NCBI GenBank assembly: GCA_946965045.2
Contig: OX337233.1
Location: forward strand, 930,001 to 994,000
Origin: Epithemia pelagica
Lineage: Eukaryota > Protista > Bacillariophyta
Length of the DNA: 64,000 nt
Direction: 5' to 3'
Below are positions 54,612 to 64,000 of this stretch, one piece after another. The position numbers were made by a program, and so were the translations under genes. The first letter of the stretch is position 1; each line of letters begins with the position of its first letter. The notes under the pieces are model-generated. The model was given only the letters and a program-made list of their open reading frames with translations, ran no database searches and was not told where the DNA came from.

Positions 54612-54846
54612 GTACCGCATCGTACCGCCCCCGGTCAAGAAGGGACCGACGGACGAACGAGGAACGGACATTGCACCCAAAGAAGATCCCAAGAGGTTTG
54701 CAAGGCTACGTCGACGTTTGTTGGGATAGTCAGAATGACTACTCCCAACAAACAAACTTGGACGATTCATAAATCGTCAGAAAGAAGGGTTGAACGGGTC
54801 ACCAAGGATCTGATCACCCATTGGTTCTATGATTCTCTTCTTTCGC
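54612..54846 (+). repeat. Repeat A1 (235 bp)
   Basis: Matches 62814-63048 except for one A/G substitution. Confidence 0.95.
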
Positions 54847-54894
54847 TTCGGTTATCGCCTTGTCGACCGTGCCATCCACCTCATTCGTTCCACC

Positions 54895-57136
54895 ATGACG
54901 TTTGCGTGGGGAGGAACTCCGGATTCTTCCCCTTCTGTGGGGTCGTCAGGTGAGTCTGTGTCTGGTGATAGTGTGACCGGGGGGGGGGGGGGAGCCTTCG
55001 TTCGGGTTCTCTCTACGGTGTCGTTTGTTTCGACCAGTCTGTTTTCGAGTCTGTTTGTCGTGGGCTTGTCGGCGAAGGGCAGCGCATGTGTGTTCGTTCG
55101 GATTGTCAAGTGGCTTCGCATTCCCTCAAGAAGAATTCGTGGAGTTCGCTTGTGGGCGATGACACCTCCGCCATCTTTATTCGTGGTTCAAGTGGGACAT
55201 CGTCTTCCGATGCTTTGGGAACTGTTTTTTGCACTCCTGTTCTACCGGGACAGTGCGTGAGCGGCGTCGATTGGAATGAGATGGAACTCAGCCCGCGCAC
55301 TCTGGAAAGTTGGCAAGCATTGTTCACAGCTTTGCGGAAGGCTTCTTCCGCGTCGGGTGAAGGTGTGGATCCAACTACCGCCGCACAATTTATGGAGACC
55401 ACCAAGACAGAAGTGGATTTCACCATGACTCCACGTCCCAAGAAAAGATCGGTTCAAGTTGAAACTGTGATGGATGACGATGACAAGCATGGCCTTGTGA
55501 CTCCCAAGCTTCGACGGCGTGAAATCCCCTGGAAGGATGTGCCTACGGACATCAGCTCCCAAACTCCAACTCCAGCGGTGAAGATTCTGCAAGGCGGAGC
55601 ATGGAGCAACTTGGTAGAGAATGTAACCACTCTGCGTGACGATTTGGCTCGGGAGGTGGTTGATTGGCGTGTGTCCGAGGAGAATCAGGACAAACAGTTC
55701 GACAAGATGGAGTTGAAATTATCAGTGCTCCATGAGTTATTGGGCAAACGTCCTTCTTTCAGGTCCTCGATAGCTGCGTGTCGAATATGGCGTCGGTTGA
55801 GCAGTTAGTTATTGAACGACTGAATCAGAAGGCGGCGCCATCTGCAAGAGACGATTCCGCAATCGAGGGGAAGTTGGCGGCCTTGGAAACTTGTGTTGGT
55901 TTATTGGCGGGTCAGTTCAAGGGACTTGTGCAAAAGGAATTGGAGTCTTTTCTCGCTGACACCACTACTGATTTCCGAGTTCAATTCGTCGATCCGACTT
56001 TGACGCTCCTGTCGCGCTCATCGAGATCTCCTTCAGATCCTGGAGGTAAATGGTCTGAAGCTTTGCACCAATTGCAACAGCGTTTGTTTAACTTGGAACA
56101 AGCACAAGCAGCATCAACAAGCAGCGGAGTCTCCATGGGCAACGGTTCGGTAGGAGGTGGAAACATCGGAGGAAACGTGGACCTGTCAAAGATGCAAGAG
56201 GAAATGAACAACATGCAGACGATGTTGAAGAACCTGAAGGAACAGGTGGACGCTGACTCGGTAACGATTGGATCCATCGTGTTTACGTCACGGGCCTTTT
56301 GTGTAACTTGGATGGAGTTGCCTCACGCTACTGCCGATCCTCATGTTTTCGTGGATGCTATCTCATTGCTTTCGTTGGCTACCTCTGATGCTAGCCCCGA
56401 CGAAGAACGAGCTGCCAATCAACGCGCGACAACAGCCAAGGTCAGGGACAAGACGCCGTATCACACGGCGTACATCGCGTCCTTCAATCTTGAAGTCCCT
56501 CCAATGTTGGGCAAAGGTTCAGACCAATCAACGACGACAAATTTACGAGCGCTTGGAGCAGTCCCAAGATTTGCGGACTTTCACCCACCCTCCGGACGCG
56601 AGGGCATCCACCAGCGTATTTTGGATTATGTGAAGGACGGGGTCAATACAATAGAACAAGCAGTGGGTGAGCTCTTTGCGTTTGGAACTGAGCCATCGAG
56701 TGTGGCTAAGGAACTCCTCTTGTGGAGCAAGACTTTTTGGGATGAACTTACCCATTGGATGGTAAGATATCATGCCCAAGTCCAAGCGGAAAGTGAGGCG
56801 AGTGAACAAGAGGTGTGGATATTGATATCCCACTGTGTGCGCGCGGTCTTTAAGAGCTTGAGGGAAGCTCGGGCATCTGGACGGGCATCCAACACCCCGG
56901 GTGGAATGCTCTGGGGAACATTGAAGGCGCATCGAGTCATGAAGGAGTACCGGGCAGCAGACTTTAGCGGCCATCCAAAGATTGCACTCATTCTCCATGA
57001 GCATCTTATTCGCTTTACGACGCCTCGGTCAAAGTTTGATACGCTCCAAATGAGTTTGAACGATCGATTGGACAAGATGCAACGTGCTGTGAATCAGGCA
57101 GTGTCCTCAGCAAACAAGACGACGAAGAAATCTTGA
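54895..57136 (+). pseudogene. gag-like ORF1 of the YR element, broken by two frameshifts (G14 run at 54979-54992; second shift within 55736-55805)
   Basis: MTFAWGG... start, then in the next frame a Cys/His motif (CRGLVGEGQRMCVRSDCQVASH), then in a third frame coiled-coil and conserved-looking C-terminal blocks up to TGA at 57136. Confidence 0.7.
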
Positions 57137-57139
57137 GAG

Positions 57140-60100
57140 ATGGAGAAAAGTGACCGCAACAGTCGTAAAACTACGAAAAGAAAGACAACTACAAGCGAAG
57201 CTTTGGAGACTCGAGAAAACAAAGCGCAAAGACTAGCGAGCCAAGACACTAAAGATTATTCTAGGATACATGCACCAGCTGCAAATTCAAACGATGGTGT
57301 CGCCGAACGGATGGTTTCGAAGTTGTCCGTAGGTAAAGGAAAATGGCGAGTCGGTTTGGTGAGCACGAGCACCCCTTTTTGGTTTTGGGCGGTGTCTTCG
57401 CTTGGAGATGTTGTTTGGATCGATGTGTTGGAGAAGGATTTGATACAGGAAGAAACAGGGGCGATGGATTGGAGAAGCAAGGCTCTGGATTTACAAGAGA
57501 GACAAACCAAGAATCGAGGACTCAAGCGTCGCAGAATCGCTTACGTGTCGCCAGCAGATTGGGAAACAAGGGAACCAGTGGACGTCATTTTCTTTGAGAA
57601 GGGAATAATACCAGGTCCTGGTCACGAGGTTTGGTTGCGGCACGATGTGAAACTTGTGTTTTGGATTGGAGGAAGGAAGAAGGGAGGACCATCTTCGACG
57701 GTCCAAGGAGTCTGGATACAAGGTATCATGAAATTGGATCACACTGCTTTGGGTGTTGTTACTGATCTGGAATCGTGGATACATGTAGCGGAGAGAAAGG
57801 GTTTGGATGAGAGGAGATTTGTAGATTGTTGGGCGGATCACCTGGAACAAGGACTCAAGCATACGACTTTTCGAGGTGTTATAGACCCGACAATTCAAGG
57901 CAAGGAATGTCCGTTGAGTATGTTTAGGGACGATACTGAAGACAGCTTGTCAAAACGTGGGGTCTCAATACTGGAAAGAAAGTTGGTTTGGAAGAAGGAT
58001 TTGGGAAGGTTGCATGTCTTGCCCAGCGTCTATGCGACGAGATCAGGATTTGTGGAGCGAAAAATTGCACCAAGCGAACTTGCGGTGGCGCTGGATTTCC
58101 CAGCGGCGTTGCACAAGAAAGGTTCGGATCAAGAGCTAGACCGATGGACTTCCGAGATCGGAGTCCCGTTCAAGAGCAGGGTGCAGGTTGCAAGGTCGAT
58201 TCTGGGCTGGACGAATGAGAAGGACGAGGTCTCTAGGGGGCAGCAGCGAATTGAAAATGAAGAAGTGGCCATGGGAGTCGCTCCAACACCGGTAACGCGA
58301 ATGACAGAGGATTGTAATTTGTTTACTGCTCTTGACAGCGAAGGTGGCGGATCGTTGAACATGGAGGAGAGAAGAGAGGATCGGAACCTCAAAGCGACTA
58401 AATCCGATGATGCAGAGATACCAACGTATCTTTGGGACGATCGCATTTGTTCTCACTTTGAGATGACAAGTGTTGCTGACCGATTCCGGTGCATTGAGGC
58501 GCTGAATGTAATCCGTCGACTAGCCTTGAGATATTGGAAGCGAAGAGTCTGCAGTGATTTTTGGAGTTGGTGGAGACAGCAACGATTTCGCGACGACAAC
58601 GATGAGAGAGAAAGAACCAAGAGAGCTGGTCTGAGTGCACTCAACCATGCGTTGCTGGCGTCATGGTGGGACTGGGACCACGGTTCTTCACCATTCTTTT
58701 GGCGAATGCCAAAGCTCGATTGGATGGTGGAAATGCGGGATGGTCTGGATCCGATGTGGATCGGTGAGCCACCAGCGTATAGAAGGAGACAACGGGCGAA
58801 TCCGGACCCAGAGGCTCGGTCGTTCGAAAAGAAGAAGCTGACAAAAGTTAGGCACCGAGGGTACATTGTGAAGACGGCTGATATAAAATCACTAACCAGT
58901 TTCTTCTCAGTGCCGAAAGGTGACTCAGACATTCGGATGGTATACGATGGTACAAAAAGTGGGCTAAACGACGCTTTGTTCGCTCCTTGGTTTGGACTCG
59001 GAAATGTCACTTCGATGTTGAGAACAGTGGAGCCAAAGACGTGGTCCGCTGACAATGACTTCGGAGAGATGTTCCTCAACTTTTGGATCCACCCGGATCT
59101 TCGGCAATACACGGGCATTGATATTACCGAGTTGTTTCCCGAGGAGTTGCAGGAGAAGTTTGGATCAACGAGGATTTGGGAGGCCTGGTGCCGATGCGCC
59201 ATGGGTCTGACGACTTCACCTTACCAAACTACCCAATGTGCACAGAGAGTGAAGCGAATCATATTTGGCGACAAGTCGGATCCGGACAACATTTTTGGTT
59301 GGACGGACGTACGAATCAATCTTCCAGGAGATGAGCATTATGATCCGTCACTTCCATGGATCAGTAAAGTGAGAGCAAATGGGGACATAGCAGCAGATGT
59401 GCATCCATACGTCGACGACTTACGTGAAACTGCACCATCTGAGGAGGAAGCATGGCTGGCGGCCAGCAGAATGGCCAAAGGTGCTTCCTATTTCGGATTG
59501 CAGGATGCCGCGAGAAAACGGCGTCCACCAAGCAAAGCACCTGGTGCATGGGCAGGAGCAGTTGTGGAATCGTCGAACGAGGGGAAGGTTTATAAGACCG
59601 TATCCCAAGAGAGATGGAATAAGACGCGAAAGTTGGTTGGGGTCTTGAAGGATTGGGCTGACGACGGTGGATTGGTGGATCGAAAGGAGTTGGAAAGGAT
59701 CCGAGGATTTCTGGTCTATGTTTCTTTCACATTTGACGTCATAGTCCCTTATTTGAAAGGGATCCACTTGACGTTGGAATCATGGAGAGACGACAGAGAC
59801 GTGGAAGGATGGCGTTTGAAGGAAAAGGACCGCAGGGCTGTGGTTCGGAAAAGAGAAAGGGAAATGCACGCACCAGGAAAAGTGAAACAGGCTCCTCGCT
59901 TTAAAGACGATGTATACACTTTGCATAGGCTGACAGATTCGGAACATCCGCCAAAAATTTTGGCAAGACCGACGTCGGGAGCGAGTGTCGCAATGATCTT
60001 TGCAGATGCATCAGGTGAGGGGTTTGGATCTTCCTTATGGCTCTATGGAGAGGCATCGGTAGAAACAGAGCATGGATTGTGGACGCGAGAATATGGTTCT

Positions 60101-60934
60101 CGCTCGTCCAATTTTCGTGAATTGTACAACCTGGTGTTGCGATTGGAGGGACTGGTAAAAGATAAGAAGTTGCCCATGGGAACTGAAGTGTTCATGTTCA
60201 CGGACAACTCGACGGCTGAGTCAGCTTTTTATAAAGGGACGTCGAGGTCGAGATTGCTATTCAAGCTGGTCTTGAGAACAAAACAACTGGAAATGAATGG
60301 ACACATATTTGTCAGGGTGATTTGGGTGGCCGGAACCAGAATGATAGAACAAGGCACCGACGGTCTTTCCCGAGGAGACCTCATGACAGGAGTCATGACA
60401 GGAGTGAACATGTTGCTGTATGTTCCCTTGAACAAGTCGGTTGTTGAACGGCAGGACAATGTCATTCCTTGGTTAGAGTCTGTGGGAAACACAGCATACA
60501 AGTGGAGGACCTTGACAACACACAAATGGTTTGATGAGGCGTTTGAAGAGGGGGAGTTTATATGGACACCACCACCAGCCATTGCTGATGTAGCTGTTGA
60601 CTTACTTTGTGATGCGCGCCACATCCGCACGAGAACTGCCCACATGTTCGTCTACCCTGCCCTCATGACAAATAGATGGAGAAAGAAACTAGGAAAGGTG
60701 GCGGATTTTGTTTTCACCATCCCCGTAGGAACTGAACTTTGGCCAAAATCTCATCACGAACCGTTGATTGTTGCTTTTGTTTGTCCGTTCCTTTACAGAA
60801 CTCCATGGCAAGTCAAGCGTGCCACAGGCTTATTGGACGAAGTGGAAGGGGAACTGTCAAGCATGTGGGCATCCGGTCCAACCGCTGTGCGGGATTTGCT
60901 GCGCAAACTTTGGGCATTCAAGGGGAACGAGTAA
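57140..60934 (+). CDS. YR-retrotransposon pol: N-terminal extension + reverse transcriptase + RNase H + methyltransferase-like tail
   Basis: RT motifs FFSVPKGDSDIRMVYD, DNDFGEMFLNF, MGLTTSPY, YVDD; RNase H FADASG, SSNFREL, FTDNS, DGLSRG. Confidence 0.92.
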   Translation: MEKSDRNSRKTTKRKTTTSEALETRENKAQRLASQDTKDYSRIHAPAANSNDGVAERMVSKLSVGKGKWRVGLVSTSTPFWFWAVSSLGDVVWIDVLEKDLIQEETGAMDWRSKALDLQERQTKNRGLKRRRIAYVSPADWETREPVDVIFFEKGIIPGPGHEVWLRHDVKLVFWIGGRKKGGPSSTVQGVWIQGIMKLDHTALGVVTDLESWIHVAERKGLDERRFVDCWADHLEQGLKHTTFRGVIDPTIQGKECPLSMFRDDTEDSLSKRGVSILERKLVWKKDLGRLHVLPSVYATRSGFVERKIAPSELAVALDFPAALHKKGSDQELDRWTSEIGVPFKSRVQVARSILGWTNEKDEVSRGQQRIENEEVAMGVAPTPVTRMTEDCNLFTALDSEGGGSLNMEERREDRNLKATKSDDAEIPTYLWDDRICSHFEMTSVADRFRCIEALNVIRRLALRYWKRRVCSDFWSWWRQQRFRDDNDERERTKRAGLSALNHALLASWWDWDHGSSPFFWRMPKLDWMVEMRDGLDPMWIGEPPAYRRRQRANPDPEARSFEKKKLTKVRHRGYIVKTADIKSLTSFFSVPKGDSDIRMVYDGTKSGLNDALFAPWFGLGNVTSMLRTVEPKTWSADNDFGEMFLNFWIHPDLRQYTGIDITELFPEELQEKFGSTRIWEAWCRCAMGLTTSPYQTTQCAQRVKRIIFGDKSDPDNIFGWTDVRINLPGDEHYDPSLPWISKVRANGDIAADVHPYVDDLRETAPSEEEAWLAASRMAKGASYFGLQDAARKRRPPSKAPGAWAGAVVESSNEGKVYKTVSQERWNKTRKLVGVLKDWADDGGLVDRKELERIRGFLVYVSFTFDVIVPYLKGIHLTLESWRDDRDVEGWRLKEKDRRAVVRKREREMHAPGKVKQAPRFKDDVYTLHRLTDSEHPPKILARPTSGASVAMIFADASGEGFGSSLWLYGEASVETEHGLWTREYGSRSSNFRELYNLVLRLEGLVKDKKLPMGTEVFMFTDNSTAESAFYKGTSRSRLLFKLVLRTKQLEMNGHIFVRVIWVAGTRMIEQGTDGLSRGDLMTGVMTGVNMLLYVPLNKSVVERQDNVIPWLESVGNTAYKWRTLTTHKWFDEAFEEGEFIWTPPPAIADVAVDLLCDARHIRTRTAHMFVYPALMTNRWRKKLGKVADFVFTIPVGTELWPKSHHEPLIVAFVCPFLYRTPWQVKRATGLLDEVEGELSSMWASGPTAVRDLLRKLWAFKGNE

Positions 60935-62321
60935 AACATGCATGGGTATTTGGCATGCCGGATGCTATCGACAGCATACTACAGACAAGTTCCCAGTACT
61001 GCAAGCTTCAGATTTGGATGATGCTTTGATCGATTTGGAAGGGCACGGGGAGCTTGATGATGATGCGAACCGTTTCAAGGAGGCACGACCAGGCGATGAT
61101 CTCATGGTCGCTTTTGAATGTGACGATTGTTGCTTTTACAACTTGCAAGGACGATATCCCACGACAAGAGAGGAAGACAAGCTATTGTTGTTGTGTATCC
61201 GCCGGGCCATCCTGGATTCTTTTTGGGCAAGAGAAAGGACAACGGTCGAGAAGAATCGTAGGGAAATCAAGAGTCTGGTGGAAACAAGCGCGACAATGGG
61301 ACTCGACGCGCCGTTGCCAAATCGAGGTCCATTCCAAGTAGGGGGAGACAATGGGTTGAAGGTAGCTTGCATGATGTTGATGAAAACAATGCGCGCTGGA
61401 CGAAACTCAACTCATATCCAATTTGAAACCGCCCGAAAAGTGAGATCTGCGGTCTCGAACTTCTTCCATACACTTCCTGGAGGAACCGGATTGGCGACTG
61501 TGGGACAAGGAGAAAGAGGTGGCCTGTTTTTCAGCGCGAGTACAACCAACTCCCATTGGTTTCGTCGCTTTATGACTGGGTGTCATCGCCGAATGGGGGA
61601 TGTTTGGATCCCAGATCAAGCCGTGACCGTAGATGAGGTCAAGGCGGCGTTGTCAATTCTGGAAGATGAATGGACGAATGGAGCAACGGGTCAGCGAAGA
61701 GTTGAACTTGCGTTGACTGGGGCAATGGTTGTTGTTGGATACGTTGCGGCGTTGAGGGGCGAGGAATTACCGCAGATTGACGTGGGCCTGATGCGCAAAT
61801 ATTGGGAAGAGGGCTTGAATTATTCACGCAAGCCACATGTGCCTCTTGCTTTGGCGGGCCGTTTTAAGCAGACCACGGGCACTTTCCGAATCTATATGCA
61901 CCCCTTGGCGGACAGAACTTCTTCTGGCATTGATGTTCGTCTTTGGACGGAAAGGGCGATCCGTTGCCTGCACCAACAGGGGATTACGAGCGGTCCGATG
62001 TTTCGCATAACAAGAAAGAAGGGACAAATTGCTCGTGCGACGGTCGGTGATCTGGATTCGCTCTTTCATCCGCTTTGGAAGCGGGTTCAGCATCGCTTCC
62101 CGGGGTTGATTGGCGACTACAGTGTTCGGCGATCTTTCAGGCGCGGCGCCACTACGGAAGCTCAAAACAGAAGAATTCCAAGAGAAGTCATTGAGATGAA
62201 CAACCGCTGGAGAAAACACATCAAGGGAAGAGGCGTCCTTCCATCCATGAGCATGTTGGAAAGATACTCGGACGCAAAAGCCTCAGTGGAGGCGTTGGTC
62301 AGGTTTTCCGAGCTTCTGTAA
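60768..62321 (+). CDS. Tyrosine recombinase of the retrotransposon (overlaps the pol 3' end)
   Basis: LRGEE (Arg), RSFRRGATT, RW and RYS (Tyr) catalytic-type motifs. Overlapping-frame layout typical of the DIRS order; exact start uncertain. Confidence 0.88.
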   Translation: MLLLFVRSFTELHGKSSVPQAYWTKWKGNCQACGHPVQPLCGICCANFGHSRGTSKTCMGIWHAGCYRQHTTDKFPVLQASDLDDALIDLEGHGELDDDANRFKEARPGDDLMVAFECDDCCFYNLQGRYPTTREEDKLLLLCIRRAILDSFWARERTTVEKNRREIKSLVETSATMGLDAPLPNRGPFQVGGDNGLKVACMMLMKTMRAGRNSTHIQFETARKVRSAVSNFFHTLPGGTGLATVGQGERGGLFFSASTTNSHWFRRFMTGCHRRMGDVWIPDQAVTVDEVKAALSILEDEWTNGATGQRRVELALTGAMVVVGYVAALRGEELPQIDVGLMRKYWEEGLNYSRKPHVPLALAGRFKQTTGTFRIYMHPLADRTSSGIDVRLWTERAIRCLHQQGITSGPMFRITRKKGQIARATVGDLDSLFHPLWKRVQHRFPGLIGDYSVRRSFRRGATTEAQNRRIPREVIEMNNRWRKHIKGRGVLPSMSMLERYSDAKASVEALVRFSELL

Positions 62322-62403
62322 CTTTGAGATCGACGATCAGGAAAAAGAATGAAAGAAGTATGAGTGGTAAAAGAGGAGGAACGAAGATGGAACGACCACA
62401 CGG

Positions 62404-62818
62404 GGAGAAGACTCGGCTATACCTCTTACGGGGACAGCCTAGGTCGCTTGTGTCTGTCAGCTTGTCTGTTTGATGGGATGGGGATTCCTCTCCTGGTTGG
62501 TATGTCGAGGTGTGGCAACCTTGACATGCTGACTATCCATTTCTTGCGATGATGATTTCGAAGATTTGGGCTCACTATGTGAGTAAATGGAGGGGGGTCT
62601 CTAACCTAGATACACACTCGCACGCAGTCAACACGGATAGCAGATTCTGGAGATCTGCGACCGTGGCGCGATTCCGGATCCCCCCCGAAAATGGGATATG
62701 GGTGGGGGGCCTAAACCCCCCCAGTGTTGGTTAAGTAATATCTTAATACTATATTATGTGAACAAGGACGAATGGGATTGATTGGTGCACGTGTCGTGAC
62801 GAATGAGGATGAAGTACC
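62404..62818 (+). repeat. Repeat B1 (415 bp)
   Basis: Matches 63063-63483 apart from a 5-bp duplication, one extra C and one substitution. Confidence 0.95.
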
Positions 62819-63048
62819 GCATCGTACCGCCCCCGGTCAAGAAGGGACCGACGGACGAACGAGGAACGGACATTGCACCCAAAGAAGATCCCAAGAGGTT
62901 TGCAAGGCTACGTCGACGTTTGTTGGGATAGTCAGAATGACTACTCCCAACAAACAAACTTGGACGATTCATAAATCGTCAGAAAGAAGGGTTGAACGGG
63001 TCACCAAGGATCTGATCACCCATTGGTTCTGTGATTCTCTTCTTTCGC
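62814..63048 (+). repeat. Repeat A2 (235 bp)
   Basis: Copy of A1; shares GTACC with the end of B1; followed by the 14-bp linker ccacccgcccgccc. Confidence 0.95.
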
Positions 63049-63062
63049 CCACCCGCCCGCCC

Positions 63063-63483
63063 GGAGAAGACTCGGCTATACCTCTTACGGGGACAGCCTA
63101 GGTCGCTTGTGTCTGTCAGCTTGTCTGTTTGATGGGATGGGGATTCCTCTCCTTGTTGGTATGTCGAGGTGTGGCAACCTTGACATGCTGACTATCCATT
63201 TCTTGCGATGATGATTTCGAAGATTTGGGCTCACTATGTTATGTGAGTAAATGGAGGGGGGTCTCTAACCTAGATACACACTCGCACGCAGTCAACACGG
63301 ATAGCAGATTCTGGAGATCTGCGACCGTGGCGCGATTCCGGATCCCCCCCGAAAATGGGATATGGGTGGGGGGCCTAAACCCCCCCCAGTGTTGGTTAAG
63401 TAATATCTTAATACTATATTATGTGAACAAGGACGAATGGGATTGATTGGTGCACGTGTCGTGACGAATGAGGATGAAGTACC
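63063..63483 (+). repeat. Repeat B2 (421 bp)
   Basis: Copy of B1, ending in GTACC at the element boundary. Confidence 0.95.
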
Positions 63484-64000
63484 CAAAGTCAACACCAGAC
63501 ATATGTATTGTTAAGTGAATTCGGGATGAATGCCTTGTCCTTTCTGTGTCACATTGCGATCTTTCTGGTTGTATATACTGCGAAAACAGGAACTTGCATC
63601 CGAGAAAGAGATGCCCGTCAGATCCATGACGTCACATTGCTTTCGTCATCTGCCAGATTCCGAACATGTACACAACTTTCTATAGTAAACCAGACCACAT
63701 CTTTCAGTCGCTCCACATCGTCCATGGCTGACGTCAACAACATCAAAAGTTGCCACCTTTTGCACCAAGATCCAATTACGAAACTCTGGCTCTCATTTTC
63801 TGATCTCACAATCGAAATTGACAACAAAGTTTGCAATCAGAAACCAAGTCGACACAAGGCCGACCCCTTCATTTTTTGATACTAAAGACACACAAGGTTC
63901 ATACTTCCGATTCGAATCATGTCGCCTCAAAACGTAACAGAACCCGAGCTCAGCAAGGAAGAAATCCAAGACGAAGATAGCAGCTATGGCAAGCAAACCG

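Larger units (their letters stand above)
54612..63483 (+). mobile_element. Tyrosine-recombinase retrotransposon (DIRS order, PAT/Ngaro-like split direct repeats A1-ORFs-B1-A2-B2), 8872 bp
   Basis: gag-like ORF, RT/RNase H ORF and YR ORF in order; split direct repeats; GTACC at both termini and at the internal B1/A2 junction. Confidence 0.93.

Noticed and set aside
54199-55260. ORFs 54199-54729, 54573-54953 and 62772-63101 reading through repeat A
   Set aside because: They cross the element boundary or lie in terminal repeats; likely incidental.
62404-63483. Hammerhead or HDV ribozyme in repeats A/B
   Set aside because: No CUGANGA/GAAA core or HDV nested pseudoknot could be fitted by eye; only simple hairpins are supported.
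63484-64000. Minus-strand ORF fragments right of the YR element (63618-63836, 63793-63996)
   Set aside because: Possibly the 3' part of a gene entering from outside the window, but no family or consistent frame could be established.

Overview
Eukaryotic nuclear DNA with short GT-AG introns. Gene content and codon style point to a pennate diatom (inference). Host genes: a hypothetical protein, an SDR, a DGAT2-like acyltransferase, a 3-exon N-myristoylated protein, a head-to-head pair of small EF-hand-like paralogs, a PPR protein, an LRR-only protein, an FTR1-type iron permease, an HMG-box factor, a long acidic low-complexity protein, two tandem plastid-targeted paralogs, a nocturnin/CCR4-like phosphatase and a 6-exon ABCA transporter. 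About 40% of the window is mobile DNA. (1) A young 8.4-kb Ty1/copia (CoDi-like) element with identical 783-bp LTRs and a GTAAG TSD. It carries an extra 259-aa ORF upstream of gag-pol and a PBS that looks like the anticodon arm of tRNA-Asn (half-tRNA priming). It is inserted inside a 1.15-kb TIR element that has an intact sibling 10 kb away. (2) A near-complete 8.9-kb tyrosine-recombinase retrotransposon with split direct repeats (A1-ORFs-B1-A2-B2) and a GTACC recombination core, plus a diverged solo A-B relic at 32.1-32.8 kb showing covarying hairpins. (3) A Tc1/mariner-type MITE inserted into its own sibling, a PIF/Harbinger MITE and a hAT derivative. All comparisons were made by eye; no database searches were run.
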